From the IMG/VR virus record IMGVR_UViG_3300024496_000012: a DNA stretch of 64,000 bases; one strand, 5' to 3'. Shown here in pieces: positions 47,301 to 55,838 of this stretch; within the stretch, counting starts at the first letter, position 1; each line of letters starts with the position of its first letter. Origin of the DNA: a virus. A program made the translations under genes and the position numbers. The notes under the pieces were generated by a model. It did not search any database. It saw only the letters and a list, made by a program, of their open reading frames with translations, and was not told the DNA's origin.

Positions 47301-50300
47301 TAGGAAGTTAACTATGTCTTGGATTTCATTTATCTCTGTTCCATAGCTCATTTTGCTAACTGCCGAGAAGTTGAAGTTTCTTCTCTTGAATGCTTCAACT
47401 GCTCCAACTAAAGGAAGTTTAGGAAGTTTCTTCCATATAGTCTTGTTGTTTAGATCATCCGCAGATGAATCTGTATGAGTGATCAAACTCCTATAATAAG
47501 TGTTGTTGTTTCTAACGATCACACCGTTAGCATAAGAAGTTCCTAGCGTCCAATCTGAAAATGTTTCGCTCACTCCGCCAACAGAGATTAATGGATCACC
47601 TTGACTAGCCAACGGTTCGTAATAAGGAAAGTATGGATGAAGATCATCATATCCTGTAACATACCAACCGTTTAATGTTTTTTCTATGATCACACCACTG
47701 TATGATATAGTGGAAATAGGAGCACTTACATTAAAAATAATGTCGTAGTTTTCTGCAGGAATATAAACTCCTGTAGAAGTAGATTTTGGATTCTTGCTGT
47801 CTAACAGATATTTCTGCTGAGCTTTATCAACAAAACCGCCTAGTCGAGTTGTAAGATTTACATCAATATTTTTTATTTTATTTTCGACTAGATCTAAAGA
47901 AACACCTCTAGATTTAGCATAGTCTATCAAGTAGACAACTAATCCTGCTCCTTGCTGTATACCTGTCTTAGGAACTTTTATATCATTTAAAGTTACAGGA
48001 AGATTTGTATTAACATTAACAGTCTGACCGAGATTGTTTAACTTAACCTGAGAGCGATCAAAGCTGTCTCCTATAAACTCGAAAGGTTTTAATAGGCATA
48101 GAGCAATAGTGATAGCAAACGGAAACTCTGAGCTTGACCTCCATGCATACTCAACTGGAGATATATCTCCTAACTTAAATGGTCCTCTATTATTGATAAG
48201 AACAAAGTCGTTGGCTAGCCCAGACTCAAGCGGGCTTAGAAGCTTACCTTCTACATCAACAGGAAGATGACTTAGTATTGTTGGTCGAGCATATCTTAGA
48301 TATGTTCCAGCACGGTCTCCTTCTCGAATGATACCATCTCGTATGTCTTCCCACAAAATCAGATTGCCGCTGGTGTATGGAGCAGGTCCATAATATTTTT
48401 CCCACCAGATTGGTTTTTGGCTAAATCCTAAGATTTCCCAAGGACATCTGTGTGGGCGATCGGTGTCATAGAACCAGTTATACACTCCTCTCCACCATCC
48501 AGGTAAGTTTTGCTTACCTGTAGGATCAGTCATATTGGTATAACTGTAAGTAAATGTTTCATATTCTGTAAAATAGGTATTGTTGGTGTAATCAATATTT
48601 GTATTATTGATCCATTTTAAAAATTCCTGTTCTACAATATTATCTAAATCATCTTTATTAAAAATAGCATTACCATAATATCCGCCCAAGACAGCATCGA
48701 TATCAAAAATAGTATGATCATACTCTTGTTTAATATTATTGTAAATCCTGTATTCTATCTCTAATAGAAGATCATCTCTGAAATCGCCGTAGGCGACAGT
48801 TATACTACCATCGTGCCCTTGTATAACTTCGGTAGGTGTTTTGTAAGTATCATCTAAAAACTTGCTCGGAGTATATTTCTTGTAAAGACCAAGACTTGTA
48901 GGAGTTGGTGGCACAAAGCAATGTGCTGTTGAAACATACTCTCTTATCTCTACTAGATCATTTTCATTCAGATCTAGAGATATATTAACAAAACCAAAAG
49001 TATCGTTGAATGTATAGTCTCGTCCGTGTAGCAACTGATTATCATTTAGATATACATAAACTGCTTTCCTAGACAGGGTAGTTAAACTAAATGGCGCAGA
49101 CAATGCAAAAGTTTTTATTCCAGTATCTTCTACAGTATAAGAAATAGTAGAATATGCACCGGAACCGATCATATCAGAATCAGAGAACGGCGAATCACCG
49201 TTCTTAGTTCTTGATAGTTCGTTGATAATGTCATCGACAAAATCTGGAATACTTTCGTTGTATTCTATTTCCAACGCCTTGGTAATAAAGTTACTTTTCC
49301 ATTCTGTGTATGATCTCTTAGCGTACTGCAGAGATTTAATGATGTTATTAGTCTTATCACAGAGCAATGCGATCGCAACTGGAGTCAAACCAGAATGTGT
49401 TAAAAATCTCTTGGCGTTATCTTGATATCCATCAAGATCTCTAAGATTAGATTTGCCTGGGATGTTTCCTTGAAACTCAGTATCAAACTCTACAGCAGAA
49501 ACAATATGATCAATCGCTTGACCATACGTAAATGTAGTCAATGGAGAGTTTAACGGATTCCTTTCTAGCCCAACGGGTATTTCATAGTAACCTGTTACTG
49601 GTTCTAAATCTGTAACAATTTTTACAGATATAATATCATTAACAGAAAAAGAATCTTGGAAAGTAAAAGTATCTTTATTTCTTGTCCATGGATTATCTGT
49701 CAGCTTATCTCCATTGAGATAAAAGTTAATAACTGGTTCAGTCGTGACCTGCGCCCAATCTATAGTGGTCAACTTTATGGTGTTAGTGGCTTCTTGTATA
49801 GTAACACTATCAATTAACGGTTGGATATAGGTCAGGTCTGTAAGTGTCCAGCCGTTATCGTACCCTCCTGTTGAGTTATCTTTAAAATAACCTACAGCAA
49901 CTTTTTTAGAAAGAGCTTGTCTATCGATTGTATAGTTTACTGTTTCAGAACCAAAGTCCCAGTTAAACTGAATATCTCCAACATTATCAATATTGAGATA
50001 ACTTAAACTGAATCCTAGCTGACTATCTGTCAGACCGTTGCCTATCTTGTAGCTAACTAAAGGATTGCCGTTAAAAGAACTAATAGGATATGTTTCCGGA
50101 TCCGAAAAACTAACATAGTTTTCATCATAGACATCAAACAATGGAGATTGATTTACAGTAGTCTTGGCCTGACTCTTGACCCAACTCTCTCCGGTAAAAT
50201 GATACATCAATCCAGAGTTTGATTTGCCGCGGCGAACCAATACACCCTGGCCAACTACAGATTGAGAATCTGTAGCTTCTTTGAGTGTAATCTGCGTGTT

Positions 50301-51929
50301 GTTGCCAAACTTTATAAAATGAACAGTATAGATCTTGTTGTTAGCTAAAGAATCAGTATCTGCTACCACTAGTACTCTTGCACCTTCAAACAAAAACTCG
50401 CCGTCGACGTTATATCCGGAACTACCTTCTATTTTACTAAAGATATCATCTGTAAAGGTATCGATATAATCAACCTGAGTCTTTGCAATAGAACAGTGGT
50501 TGTACAACTGTATATTTGATCTAAACTCTATGATAGGTCGTTTTGCTCTGAGATTTTCATCAGCAGGAAAATCTTGTCCTCGCTGTGTATAAGCATATTC
50601 TAAAACAGATCGATGGAACCAACGATTATACCGTGACCACGGATTTGAATCTTGGCTGTTTTTTGATATTGTGATATAATCAAGTTGTCCTGGATATGCA
50701 GATGCATCATCAAATGGTTCAGCATCAAACGGTGCATTGTCAAACAAAACTTCAGGAACATCTGTAGACAATACCGGAACGATAAGATCAGAAAATCTAG
50801 TTAATGTTATAGCTTTTCCAACTCCCTCAACTAACCAAGTATCCGTTGCATATTTTTCAGGGCTGACCTTGCCCATAAACTCAACAACTAGTCCATTAGT
50901 AAACTCTATGCCGTTGCTGCTCTTGTATTGAGATTTACCTAGAACATCTTTAGTTACATCGATGTAGGTATTTTCAACTATTGACTGTATTACGAACTGA
51001 CCCTGTCTATCAAGATTTACTACACTCTGATAAAACAATACATCAGGTGAATCATAGGGAACTGTAAATGTTAAAGTTCCGTTCTCTATCTTGTTATTTT
51101 TTATACCATCGTTGTAATCAAAGATTGAGTTATAGTCGTTGATACTGATAAGCTCCCAGTCTTGACTATCAACATTGATAGTGCTGCCGTCTGGTAACAC
51201 ATCAACTTTAGCTCTCCAAAGTTGATCATTGTAAAGAACTACTGATCCAGCCTTATATCCAAGATTTGGATTGTAGACCAATGAACCTAGATCAGGGTTG
51301 GTCCTGATCACAAATGCTTCACTAGGAGCATTGATCTTAAACTTATAGGTTTGACCTCTGTACAGTGTTATCTTAGGATTGTTTGTAACACCATCAGGAC
51401 TGAAAACCCAAGATGATCCTAACCCTAGTTCTACCTTATAAGTGCTGGTTATTTTTGCCGACTGTCCGTAGATCTGCAACGGAGGCGGACCACTTGGTTG
51501 CCAATAGTATTCTCTAAAGTTAATAAACTTGTCCCAATCAATAGGGGGATTCCAACTATAGTGTTCTTGGCTAGTAGTTAGATAATCTCTATCAACTTCG
51601 TTTCCAAAGAACTTTATCTGATTCTTTACATCTAAATAATCATAAAAATTCTGTATGGTTTCATTTTCTCTAAAAATGACTCCTGGCTCGACTTGATATC
51701 TACTACGTAATGTATTGTCTGTATCAAGATATATGTCGCTACCACGATAAGTTTTTCCATATCTTCGACCGACATAACCGGCAGTTTTTTGTAAGACTCC
51801 TGGCTGTACCAAAGGATCGACCACGGCGGCCATGAACTTATTATTTGCCGGTGTTTGGAAAACATTCGGCAATAGATCTTTAGTCTTTCTTATTGGAAGT
51901 TGACTTTGTGGATAAATTTTATCTGCCAT
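38352..51929 (-). CDS. Giant (4525 aa) baseplate wedge / virion structural protein (gp7-like position)
   Basis: Uninterrupted 13.6-kb ORF immediately after the gp6 homolog; carries G.GY..P.V.I.GDG..A.A.A repeats, FG-GAP-like blades and Y..G..V.Y...Y.. repeats. Confidence 0.75.
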   Translation of the reverse strand: MADKIYPQSQLPIRKTKDLLPNVFQTPANNKFMAAVVDPLVQPGVLQKTAGYVGRRYGKTYRGSDIYLDTDNTLRSRYQVEPGVIFRENETIQNFYDYLDVKNQIKFFGNEVDRDYLTTSQEHYSWNPPIDWDKFINFREYYWQPSGPPPLQIYGQSAKITSTYKVELGLGSSWVFSPDGVTNNPKITLYRGQTYKFKINAPSEAFVIRTNPDLGSLVYNPNLGYKAGSVVLYNDQLWRAKVDVLPDGSTINVDSQDWELISINDYNSIFDYNDGIKNNKIENGTLTFTVPYDSPDVLFYQSVVNLDRQGQFVIQSIVENTYIDVTKDVLGKSQYKSSNGIEFTNGLVVEFMGKVSPEKYATDTWLVEGVGKAITLTRFSDLIVPVLSTDVPEVLFDNAPFDAEPFDDASAYPGQLDYITISKNSQDSNPWSRYNRWFHRSVLEYAYTQRGQDFPADENLRAKRPIIEFRSNIQLYNHCSIAKTQVDYIDTFTDDIFSKIEGSSGYNVDGEFLFEGARVLVVADTDSLANNKIYTVHFIKFGNNTQITLKEATDSQSVVGQGVLVRRGKSNSGLMYHFTGESWVKSQAKTTVNQSPLFDVYDENYVSFSDPETYPISSFNGNPLVSYKIGNGLTDSQLGFSLSYLNIDNVGDIQFNWDFGSETVNYTIDRQALSKKVAVGYFKDNSTGGYDNGWTLTDLTYIQPLIDSVTIQEATNTIKLTTIDWAQVTTEPVINFYLNGDKLTDNPWTRNKDTFTFQDSFSVNDIISVKIVTDLEPVTGYYEIPVGLERNPLNSPLTTFTYGQAIDHIVSAVEFDTEFQGNIPGKSNLRDLDGYQDNAKRFLTHSGLTPVAIALLCDKTNNIIKSLQYAKRSYTEWKSNFITKALEIEYNESIPDFVDDIINELSRTKNGDSPFSDSDMIGSGAYSTISYTVEDTGIKTFALSAPFSLTTLSRKAVYVYLNDNQLLHGRDYTFNDTFGFVNISLDLNENDLVEIREYVSTAHCFVPPTPTSLGLYKKYTPSKFLDDTYKTPTEVIQGHDGSITVAYGDFRDDLLLEIEYRIYNNIKQEYDHTIFDIDAVLGGYYGNAIFNKDDLDNIVEQEFLKWINNTNIDYTNNTYFTEYETFTYSYTNMTDPTGKQNLPGWWRGVYNWFYDTDRPHRCPWEILGFSQKPIWWEKYYGPAPYTSGNLILWEDIRDGIIREGDRAGTYLRYARPTILSHLPVDVEGKLLSPLESGLANDFVLINNRGPFKLGDISPVEYAWRSSSEFPFAITIALCLLKPFEFIGDSFDRSQVKLNNLGQTVNVNTNLPVTLNDIKVPKTGIQQGAGLVVYLIDYAKSRGVSLDLVENKIKNIDVNLTTRLGGFVDKAQQKYLLDSKNPKSTSTGVYIPAENYDIIFNVSAPISTISYSGVIIEKTLNGWYVTGYDDLHPYFPYYEPLASQGDPLISVGGVSETFSDWTLGTSYANGVIVRNNNTYYRSLITHTDSSADDLNNKTIWKKLPKLPLVGAVEAFKRRNFNFSAVSKMSYGTEINEIQDIVNFLLGYEAYLKSRGFVFENYDPDNQVSQDWTTSCKEFMFWTRHNWAIGSIITLSPASQKVYIKTPVGVADNLLDGFYDYQVLKSDGKPLQPQYINVDRQFQEITVETTNTTEGIYYIRLYYVLKEHVTVFSDKTVFSDIIYDKPTGYRQQRIKSLGFRTTDWYGDYTSPGFLFDNVDIAVWQPFVDYRLGDIVAYQQYYWVSQVNQEGSESFNTNLWTKLDTVPEKQLLSNFDYKIKQFDDYFNVESQGIGETQRELARHTVGYQSREYLQNLAEDPVTQFQLYQGFIREKGTINSVKKVFDKISRSSESALVLDEEWAFRVGRFGGVDQLKEYEIKIEKSEFPLNPQPLLFVNSIPSVSSDRYYRVIGSDFTISPTPYTTNINPLSLEAEPENTAGYVATSQVDFALYNADAILGIDISTVSEGAHFWLTFYSPDWTVWRFSEAANLKVVDAVKSGLTVTVTMNRRHGLTVGDIVGFRSIPNLTGFYKITEVSDMTISVTVTPAAQDPVIDGSTVTNVGLFTEVRFDTYDMVDPEKVALWKEGSTLWVDDNGSGLWEVIRKTKQYSFGEISEYGLTSPLRTGAAVFYDNRSKESIVGIPGSGYAVVYSDINGALTPKQILSPLIEFRTLSIGSFGQAITVSPDGQWLAIGVPLASGVKNTYLGPFSSTKSYALEDVVLYDDILWTPNKFVSPDGSTLTFNTEDWDRATNIEAYGEARGDGFSEQGMIVLYTRTSQGWDYYKTFASPRPAAGELFGSSIKMAKSGTSYSMIVSAPGSLDGIGRVYVYSHNGTGWEIGEILPSELALNNSLVQDRSTMAHGILNSDVEMLKIGDQYGSAIAMSYTGDIIAVGAPFSDGQVFDQYRGVWNSTTEYFEGEVVQYEGLYYKLAPDTSDSTYTNTGTNPTTLPWVSIGDSTMNPSGKVFVYKKESTGYRLVQTIGADNLSEYSDLSKVETINVGDQFGASLDLDWSGTTLVIASPLGDINLQNQGSAYVLRLTNNIFRVKQKLESFEDYPNEYFGQSICISGNTEKIVIGAKNTPYHESVTFFSKDEGTTTFDHGATRFSKDYGFAGAVYVFERKADVYFLAEKLSADLSSNESFGYSVYCTPDNILVGSPDYYSNVLNQKTGHVRLFKKLENVNSWEILSQRSLVVDIEKLKSISLYDDVNNKKIQDLDIIDPAKGKILNEAEQELTFKVPYDPAVYSIGTDLQTVIPSQEWTDHHVGKLWWNTSTAKWMYYEQGDTSYRVGNWSRQVPGSSIDVYEWVKTKLLPSEWAALADTNNGIANGISGQPLYPNDDVYSQRILYNASTGAATETYYYYWVKNKTILPTNVIGRNISASTVASYINNPIGSGTAFVGIAAENTLLLYNFKSIISTDYALLNIEYKKDTSSLNPVHNEYQLIREGSTQGVPSYKLETKWIDSLVGYDSVGNRVPDPGLPAKLRYGIEFRPRQGMFINRLTALRLTVDNLNAFLSTYPLTDSLDFTYLNLVDPAPNSQLNLYDVAVDTDIDLETVSTTRVEPAILQVNIINGQVDTIDIVSKGFGYKVVPPVIIDGDGELAAAEATIDSQGRIISVTVTTKGRKYSYASASIRPFSVLVNKDATANNFWGIYAYNSDKKTFYRTRTQAYDTTRYWSLQDWWLTGYSSVDRIVKEIPNISYLGFVTTYVGDMVRIKEYASGGWAVLLKTSEGSSNPSDDWMLVGREKGTVLLEPSLYDPTVGGIGYDNNKSYDTAFYDLENAKELRNILRAVKDNAYNLGFGDQWSSLFFVAVRYVLTEQKYVDWMFKTSLVTATHNVGAFEQKLNYKNDNLASFQDYINEVKPYRTTVREYISRYNTLETTGLSTSDFDLPPAYNVSEGKITSVTETQETIQRYPWKWWLDNHRYSITEIRLSNPGSEYNSPPTVIIDGDGTGATAKAYISNGSVSGVELLTAGSGYTRASIKLVGGNGNSTDIATAIPVLGDSKTRTFNLSLRFDRVNKESSYSTFTKTDTFVAEGNNAVFKLSYAPSNNKNKINILRNGNVVYKDEYSVKIYKEGIDNYSLLKGSVIFVSAPNKGDNIVITYEKNDELLYAVDRINKYYLTESSSPTASGMLGKELNQLMTGLDFGGVQVQGTTFEVTGGWDALPWFSDSWDSVESSNDIYFRADGSTASYTFDAPPAAGQIYNIYIKRNGDTQFIRIDDPYFNPAQDSSMQTNPHAEIPTFIGDGSTSVIMLTPYLSLNAGDTLVFRQIESDGSVTINDSNILDTKISGGTLAAMSGAYSTASGTAAEEIVLEGGKFISPEQVPAPEENVPGQVLDSLSIKVFNNTRSGATPLNHRTIYSDGITLTYKIGQKIIENSSLLVYINKIKKTETIDYSIDYKDQEITLNSLAPAGNIIEIISLGIGGHNLLDYQEFVADGDTSLFLTDANYTDTTSIFVTVNGIYKETAFVNSTGVVDSQNRTLVQFGIKPTLGDVISILVLGSENGNVLDGYGVVRINQQVFNYEGSTRTFSLNHSVTEDPKLVSQIGANFNNVLNASAASSMIVEVNGKALKGPDSVYFVYDGVTKDFVLGEDPYTGPGAVLTSNISVYINDELKTFIQDYVYDGTSKTITITKSLTKGDVIKIETNFISDYKIENNSLVLLDTISLVDGDTIGVTWFNEYTSMDLISDEYTGGKVQYRLSHSPISVSYVWVYKNGDRLSQDVDYYVDQDRSLIYLKNKTTEDDNIKILLFGSQIYRLPSGYEIYKDMLNVYHFKRYSQGMDVVLAKDLNYFDTSLEVTDSTELSDPIPSRNIPGIITINNERIEYLSKVGNVLSKLRRGSLGTSIATLHAKGSYVVDVGIKETVPYNETQDRTDFTSDGKSDDSTIGTAQTIGPLEFTPSKGTRSIWYKNTIPSDFGPCDQIEVFVGGRRLRKDPLQVFDETLGAEGSGKYKTLEAEFSVDGTTPYIRLTETVPANTLITVIRKLGRTWYDRGENTVTRGVTLLENTTPIARFIAEKTTKIPE

Positions 51930-51936
51930 TACTTAC

Positions 51937-54900
51937 TCACGCTGTTGTATTAACTATTGTTGATGGGTTTGCGCCGATTTCTGCGGCTGTGATAGCTGTT
52001 ACTATTTCTATATCGTCAACCGTAGCACCGTTAACAAATATTTCATCCGGTGCTGCTTGTATCTCAAACAAACTACCAAATGATTGGTCTGCTTGCTTGG
52101 GTACGATAACCAAGTTGCTAATATCCGGAGCAGTGGCTGTCAAAATATAAGTTATCAACTCACTGAGATAAAAACGATCACCAAAGTCCCAGTTGTTAAC
52201 ACTAAAGAAATCATTTATAGCTGACACTACTCTTACTTTTATATCGTTATCGTTAACTGTCTTGTTTGAGTTCTTAACTATTTTAAAAACTGCCTGTAAC
52301 TTTGAGTTTGCCTTGGCGCCAAACAATACCTTGTACTTTACCGGATGATATATAATCTCATCACTGATTGATTTGATTAAATCTAAGTTAACACCAAATG
52401 TGTCTCTTAGAGAATCATTGTTAGGTGGTGTTGGTTCTGTAGAAATATAACCTGCAAGATAGTTTCTGTATGATGTGTCATACGCTCTAGTCAATATGAA
52501 TAAATCTATTATGTTACTAGAACTAGGATCTATCCTTCTTTCGCTGTTAGCATTATGAAGATATTGGAACTTGAGTCTATCACGACCGACCGCAGCCTTA
52601 TAAGAACTTTCTAGAACAAATGTATTGGTTGTTTTATCAACACGCTTAACTACATCTTCTGCAGAATCATAAAAATAAACCAACTGACCGTTGTTATAGT
52701 TTGAAATAACTGCGGTAGTTTCTTTAGGCCAAATCATTATAAGCTCATCAGAGTTATCGATAATGTCATAGTATGTTGCACCTGATGCATCGGTGGTCTT
52801 CTTAAAAAACAAAAAGTTATGTAGACTATCAAGCCCTACTATCTTTTCAAATGCATCCGGATTGTCGATAACACCATTATTATCAGAATCTGCAAATGCT
52901 ATTTTTATTTCTTTGGTGCTTTCGTACCCATCATCAAACTTAATCGTTTCGTCGATTTCAAAATCGATATCTTGTTTGATAGATGTCAACAGGTCACCGC
53001 CGGTGTTGATACCCAGTATCTTAACCTTATCTTTTATTACAGTACCTGTTTCACTATTATAGACTTTTTGCTGTCCATCAAAATAAAATCTATTTTGTTG
53101 CACACTGCCAAATATATAATGCATAACTCTAATGCGTATAAAATATTGATCCGCTTGTCTAACAAAAGCTATGTACCAAGATGCATCTAAACCTGCATTC
53201 GTTGTATCGCCTGCCTTACCTGAGTTATAAACATCTGATAGATTAAGGTTGCCAGCAGTAATAACTTTCCAAGATGCTGTATCAATGTCATATCTTAAAC
53301 CAAAGTTAAAGTTTTGAGATATTTGATTTATCATTTCAAGTTCAAGAGCATCAGTTAGAGATGTACTAAATCTAGGAACAAATCTATCTGCTATGGCACC
53401 GCTAGGAATAGTTGTATTAAATGTAACCGGTCCGAGACCTGATGTAAGGACACCACGACCTGCATTAGTTCCATCGCCTACGATTGAAACTACTTCAGAC
53501 CAAATATAAGATGTTTGCAAAGGATCCGATGTATTAGTTGTAACTAACTTTCCTTTCCTAAATGATTTACCTGCAGGTGCAACAAATCTTAATAGTGCTC
53601 CCGGGGCGGCGCTCTTTAGTACGCTGGTTGTATAAGTTCCAACTTTTAAAAGACTACCATCGATTCCGCTGACAAAGTAACCTGTGGTTTTATTACCTGT
53701 TGATGTGACCTGTTTCCATATATAGTTGCTATCTGTAAAAGTATAAGGTGTTCTATCAAACTTTGTGAGATAGAAGTTATAAACATCTGTACTAGCAAAA
53801 GTAGGTTCTATGGTATTTCGTATAAAGTTGATAATATCGATAGTACTGGCATATTTGAAAAGTATATTCTTTTCTGAAGTTTCTTTATAGATATAACCGT
53901 CGTCAGCAAAAACATTGACGCTGCTGTATTTTCCTGAAGCATCAATAACTTCAAAGTTTCTGCTAATACCGCTAGAAGTTCTGTTGATCGATTTGATCTT
54001 AAGAATATTTTGACTGGTTGCTAACGGAGCAAGATTATAATCTTCTCCAGTTATCATTCTATTCTGTGTATAGAATAGAGCAGGAGCATTTGCTCGTATG
54101 CTGTCTGTACTTTCTGACGATGCAGAAGAAGTGACAGTATACTGTAGGCCAAGATTTACAGTGATTGTATGTCTAACACCTTGCTTGTTGTAATAAGGAA
54201 TAGCAATGCTGATTCCTTTCATCTCGTTTGGATAGATTGTATACGACAAACCATTACTGACTCTATAATAGAAACGGAAACTTCCTTGTGGTAGATTTCC
54301 ATACACTCCATCTGAAAACTCTAGATCAACCTGATCATTTTCTTTAGTAACGACTGAGTAGATGTTACGTATATTTTTATCGATACTATTATAGATAATA
54401 TTGTTGCCTAATAGATCTGAAACCTTAGTCCATTGATTTTGTTGTACTCCTGCCGAACTTAAAGAAAATAACCAAACATCATCATTATTGATGTTCTGTG
54501 CTCCAACGCTGATAGTTTCGTTAGTGGTAGGAATGTCAACAGTGAAATCTGCAAACTCGAGACTTCCCTGTTTAAACATTAAAAAGAATCCTGTATTAGG
54601 ACTTGCTGGACCTTTACCGTCATTCTTATAAATGAATCCTAGTTGGTTAGCAGGAACTGGAGCTTCTTCATAGAATACTGTGCTATTTGAAAAACTTGTA
54701 GACACGATTTCAAAACTCATACCTCGACCACTAACTGTTTTAGAATAAGAATAGATAGGAACGTCTGCTGATGTGGTTTTAAAACGATATTGTTCAGTAG
54801 GAATACCTTGTATGGTGCTTGTTCCTTGGCTACGACCAAACTGTGTGTTATCAGCCATCGCAGCGTTTAATACAACAATAAACTGTTCTAACCAGTTGGT

Positions 54901-55347
54901 GTTGGTTGGATCATTCCATTGGATGATCTGATTAGCAAGATTCTTACCATTGCCGTCAAGCAAGGATTCAGTAGTACTGACTGAAGTAAACTTTAAAAGT
55001 CCTTGTGCAGGAACGTTTCTTTTAGCATTATAAGAAAGCATACGAGCTAGTCTTAAAACACTGTCTCTTCGTTCTGCTAGATCAATAAAGTTTTCACGAC
55101 TGGCCAGATCAACCCTAAACGCTAGGCTCTGTCCCAAGAACGCAACAGCGTCAATGAGGGCCATGTATTCAGAACTTTCAATATAGTCATTGAAATCTTC
55201 TGGGTAGTTCTGCCTTAGATATGTGATGATAACCCTACGTAAGTTTTCAAAATCGTAGGATTTGAAATCAGCATTTTTAAATGTCTGATAAATCCTTTTC
55301 CAATCTTGATTTAAAATCAGGTTATTCTGTCTAGAAGTCGTGGTCAT
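51937..55347 (-). CDS. gp6: Baseplate wedge subunit, gp6-like
   Basis: DFKSYDFE.LR..II.YL...DFNDY..SSE...LID..A...F..LA.R.DSV..LA..L.Y; ES.DSIR.NAP..F.TQNR..T..DY. Confidence 0.85.
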   Translation of the reverse strand: MTTTSRQNNLILNQDWKRIYQTFKNADFKSYDFENLRRVIITYLRQNYPEDFNDYIESSEYMALIDAVAFLGQSLAFRVDLASRENFIDLAERRDSVLRLARMLSYNAKRNVPAQGLLKFTSVSTTESLLDGNGKNLANQIIQWNDPTNTNWLEQFIVVLNAAMADNTQFGRSQGTSTIQGIPTEQYRFKTTSADVPIYSYSKTVSGRGMSFEIVSTSFSNSTVFYEEAPVPANQLGFIYKNDGKGPASPNTGFFLMFKQGSLEFADFTVDIPTTNETISVGAQNINNDDVWLFSLSSAGVQQNQWTKVSDLLGNNIIYNSIDKNIRNIYSVVTKENDQVDLEFSDGVYGNLPQGSFRFYYRVSNGLSYTIYPNEMKGISIAIPYYNKQGVRHTITVNLGLQYTVTSSASSESTDSIRANAPALFYTQNRMITGEDYNLAPLATSQNILKIKSINRTSSGISRNFEVIDASGKYSSVNVFADDGYIYKETSEKNILFKYASTIDIINFIRNTIEPTFASTDVYNFYLTKFDRTPYTFTDSNYIWKQVTSTGNKTTGYFVSGIDGSLLKVGTYTTSVLKSAAPGALLRFVAPAGKSFRKGKLVTTNTSDPLQTSYIWSEVVSIVGDGTNAGRGVLTSGLGPVTFNTTIPSGAIADRFVPRFSTSLTDALELEMINQISQNFNFGLRYDIDTASWKVITAGNLNLSDVYNSGKAGDTTNAGLDASWYIAFVRQADQYFIRIRVMHYIFGSVQQNRFYFDGQQKVYNSETGTVIKDKVKILGINTGGDLLTSIKQDIDFEIDETIKFDDGYESTKEIKIAFADSDNNGVIDNPDAFEKIVGLDSLHNFLFFKKTTDASGATYYDIIDNSDELIMIWPKETTAVISNYNNGQLVYFYDSAEDVVKRVDKTTNTFVLESSYKAAVGRDRLKFQYLHNANSERRIDPSSSNIIDLFILTRAYDTSYRNYLAGYISTEPTPPNNDSLRDTFGVNLDLIKSISDEIIYHPVKYKVLFGAKANSKLQAVFKIVKNSNKTVNDNDIKVRVVSAINDFFSVNNWDFGDRFYLSELITYILTATAPDISNLVIVPKQADQSFGSLFEIQAAPDEIFVNGATVDDIEIVTAITAAEIGANPSTIVNTTA

Positions 55348-55364
55348 TGTGTTTTCCTATATGA

Positions 55365-55372
55365 TATTTACC
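55365..55372 (-). promoter_or_regulatory. Late promoter motif (GG)TAAATA
   Basis: Intergenic, upstream of the AGGA RBS and gp6 ATG. Confidence 0.55.
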
Positions 55373-55388
55373 TTAGAAAATTAAGTGG

Positions 55389-55838
55389 TCACTTTATTAT
55401 CGCGTTCCTTCGGTCAAAGTCAAAGGTCATCCTTTCATTGATATTGAAAGGAATATAAACAAGATCTGCTTCTATCCTTATTCCTTGATCTGTGCTGTCT
55501 ACTGTTACTGCCGTGACAGAAATCCTAGGATCATAGTTGACGATATCCTCAACATCCTTGGCTATCAATCGTTTAACTTCTTGTGTAAAAGGTTCAAACA
55601 ACAGATCCCAAATGATAGTTCCGAAATCAGGATTTTCTAATTTTTCTCCCTTACGAATATGGAAATGGTTGATTATATCTTGCTTGACTAAATCTATATC
55701 GTAGAGCTTATAGTTTCTAGCAGATTCCTGAGAGTTAAACCCTCTATAGGTAAAAGATCTAGATCCTTCGGATCCTACAGATGCCTTATTTGCTGCTACA
55801 ACTTGATTGTTATAAAGTTTTTTAGTTGCTAATCCCAT
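55389..55838 (-). CDS. gp25: Baseplate wedge subunit gp25 (sheath initiator)
   Basis: D..LVKQDI.N..IRKGEK..P.FG..I..LLFEP...I..YDPRI.V..V: the GPW/gp25 fold. Confidence 0.9.
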   Translation of the reverse strand: MGLATKKLYNNQVVAANKASVGSEGSRSFTYRGFNSQESARNYKLYDIDLVKQDIINHFHIRKGEKLENPDFGTIIWDLLFEPFTQEVKRLIAKDVEDIVNYDPRISVTAVTVDSTDQGIRIEADLVYIPFNINERMTFDFDRRNAIIK

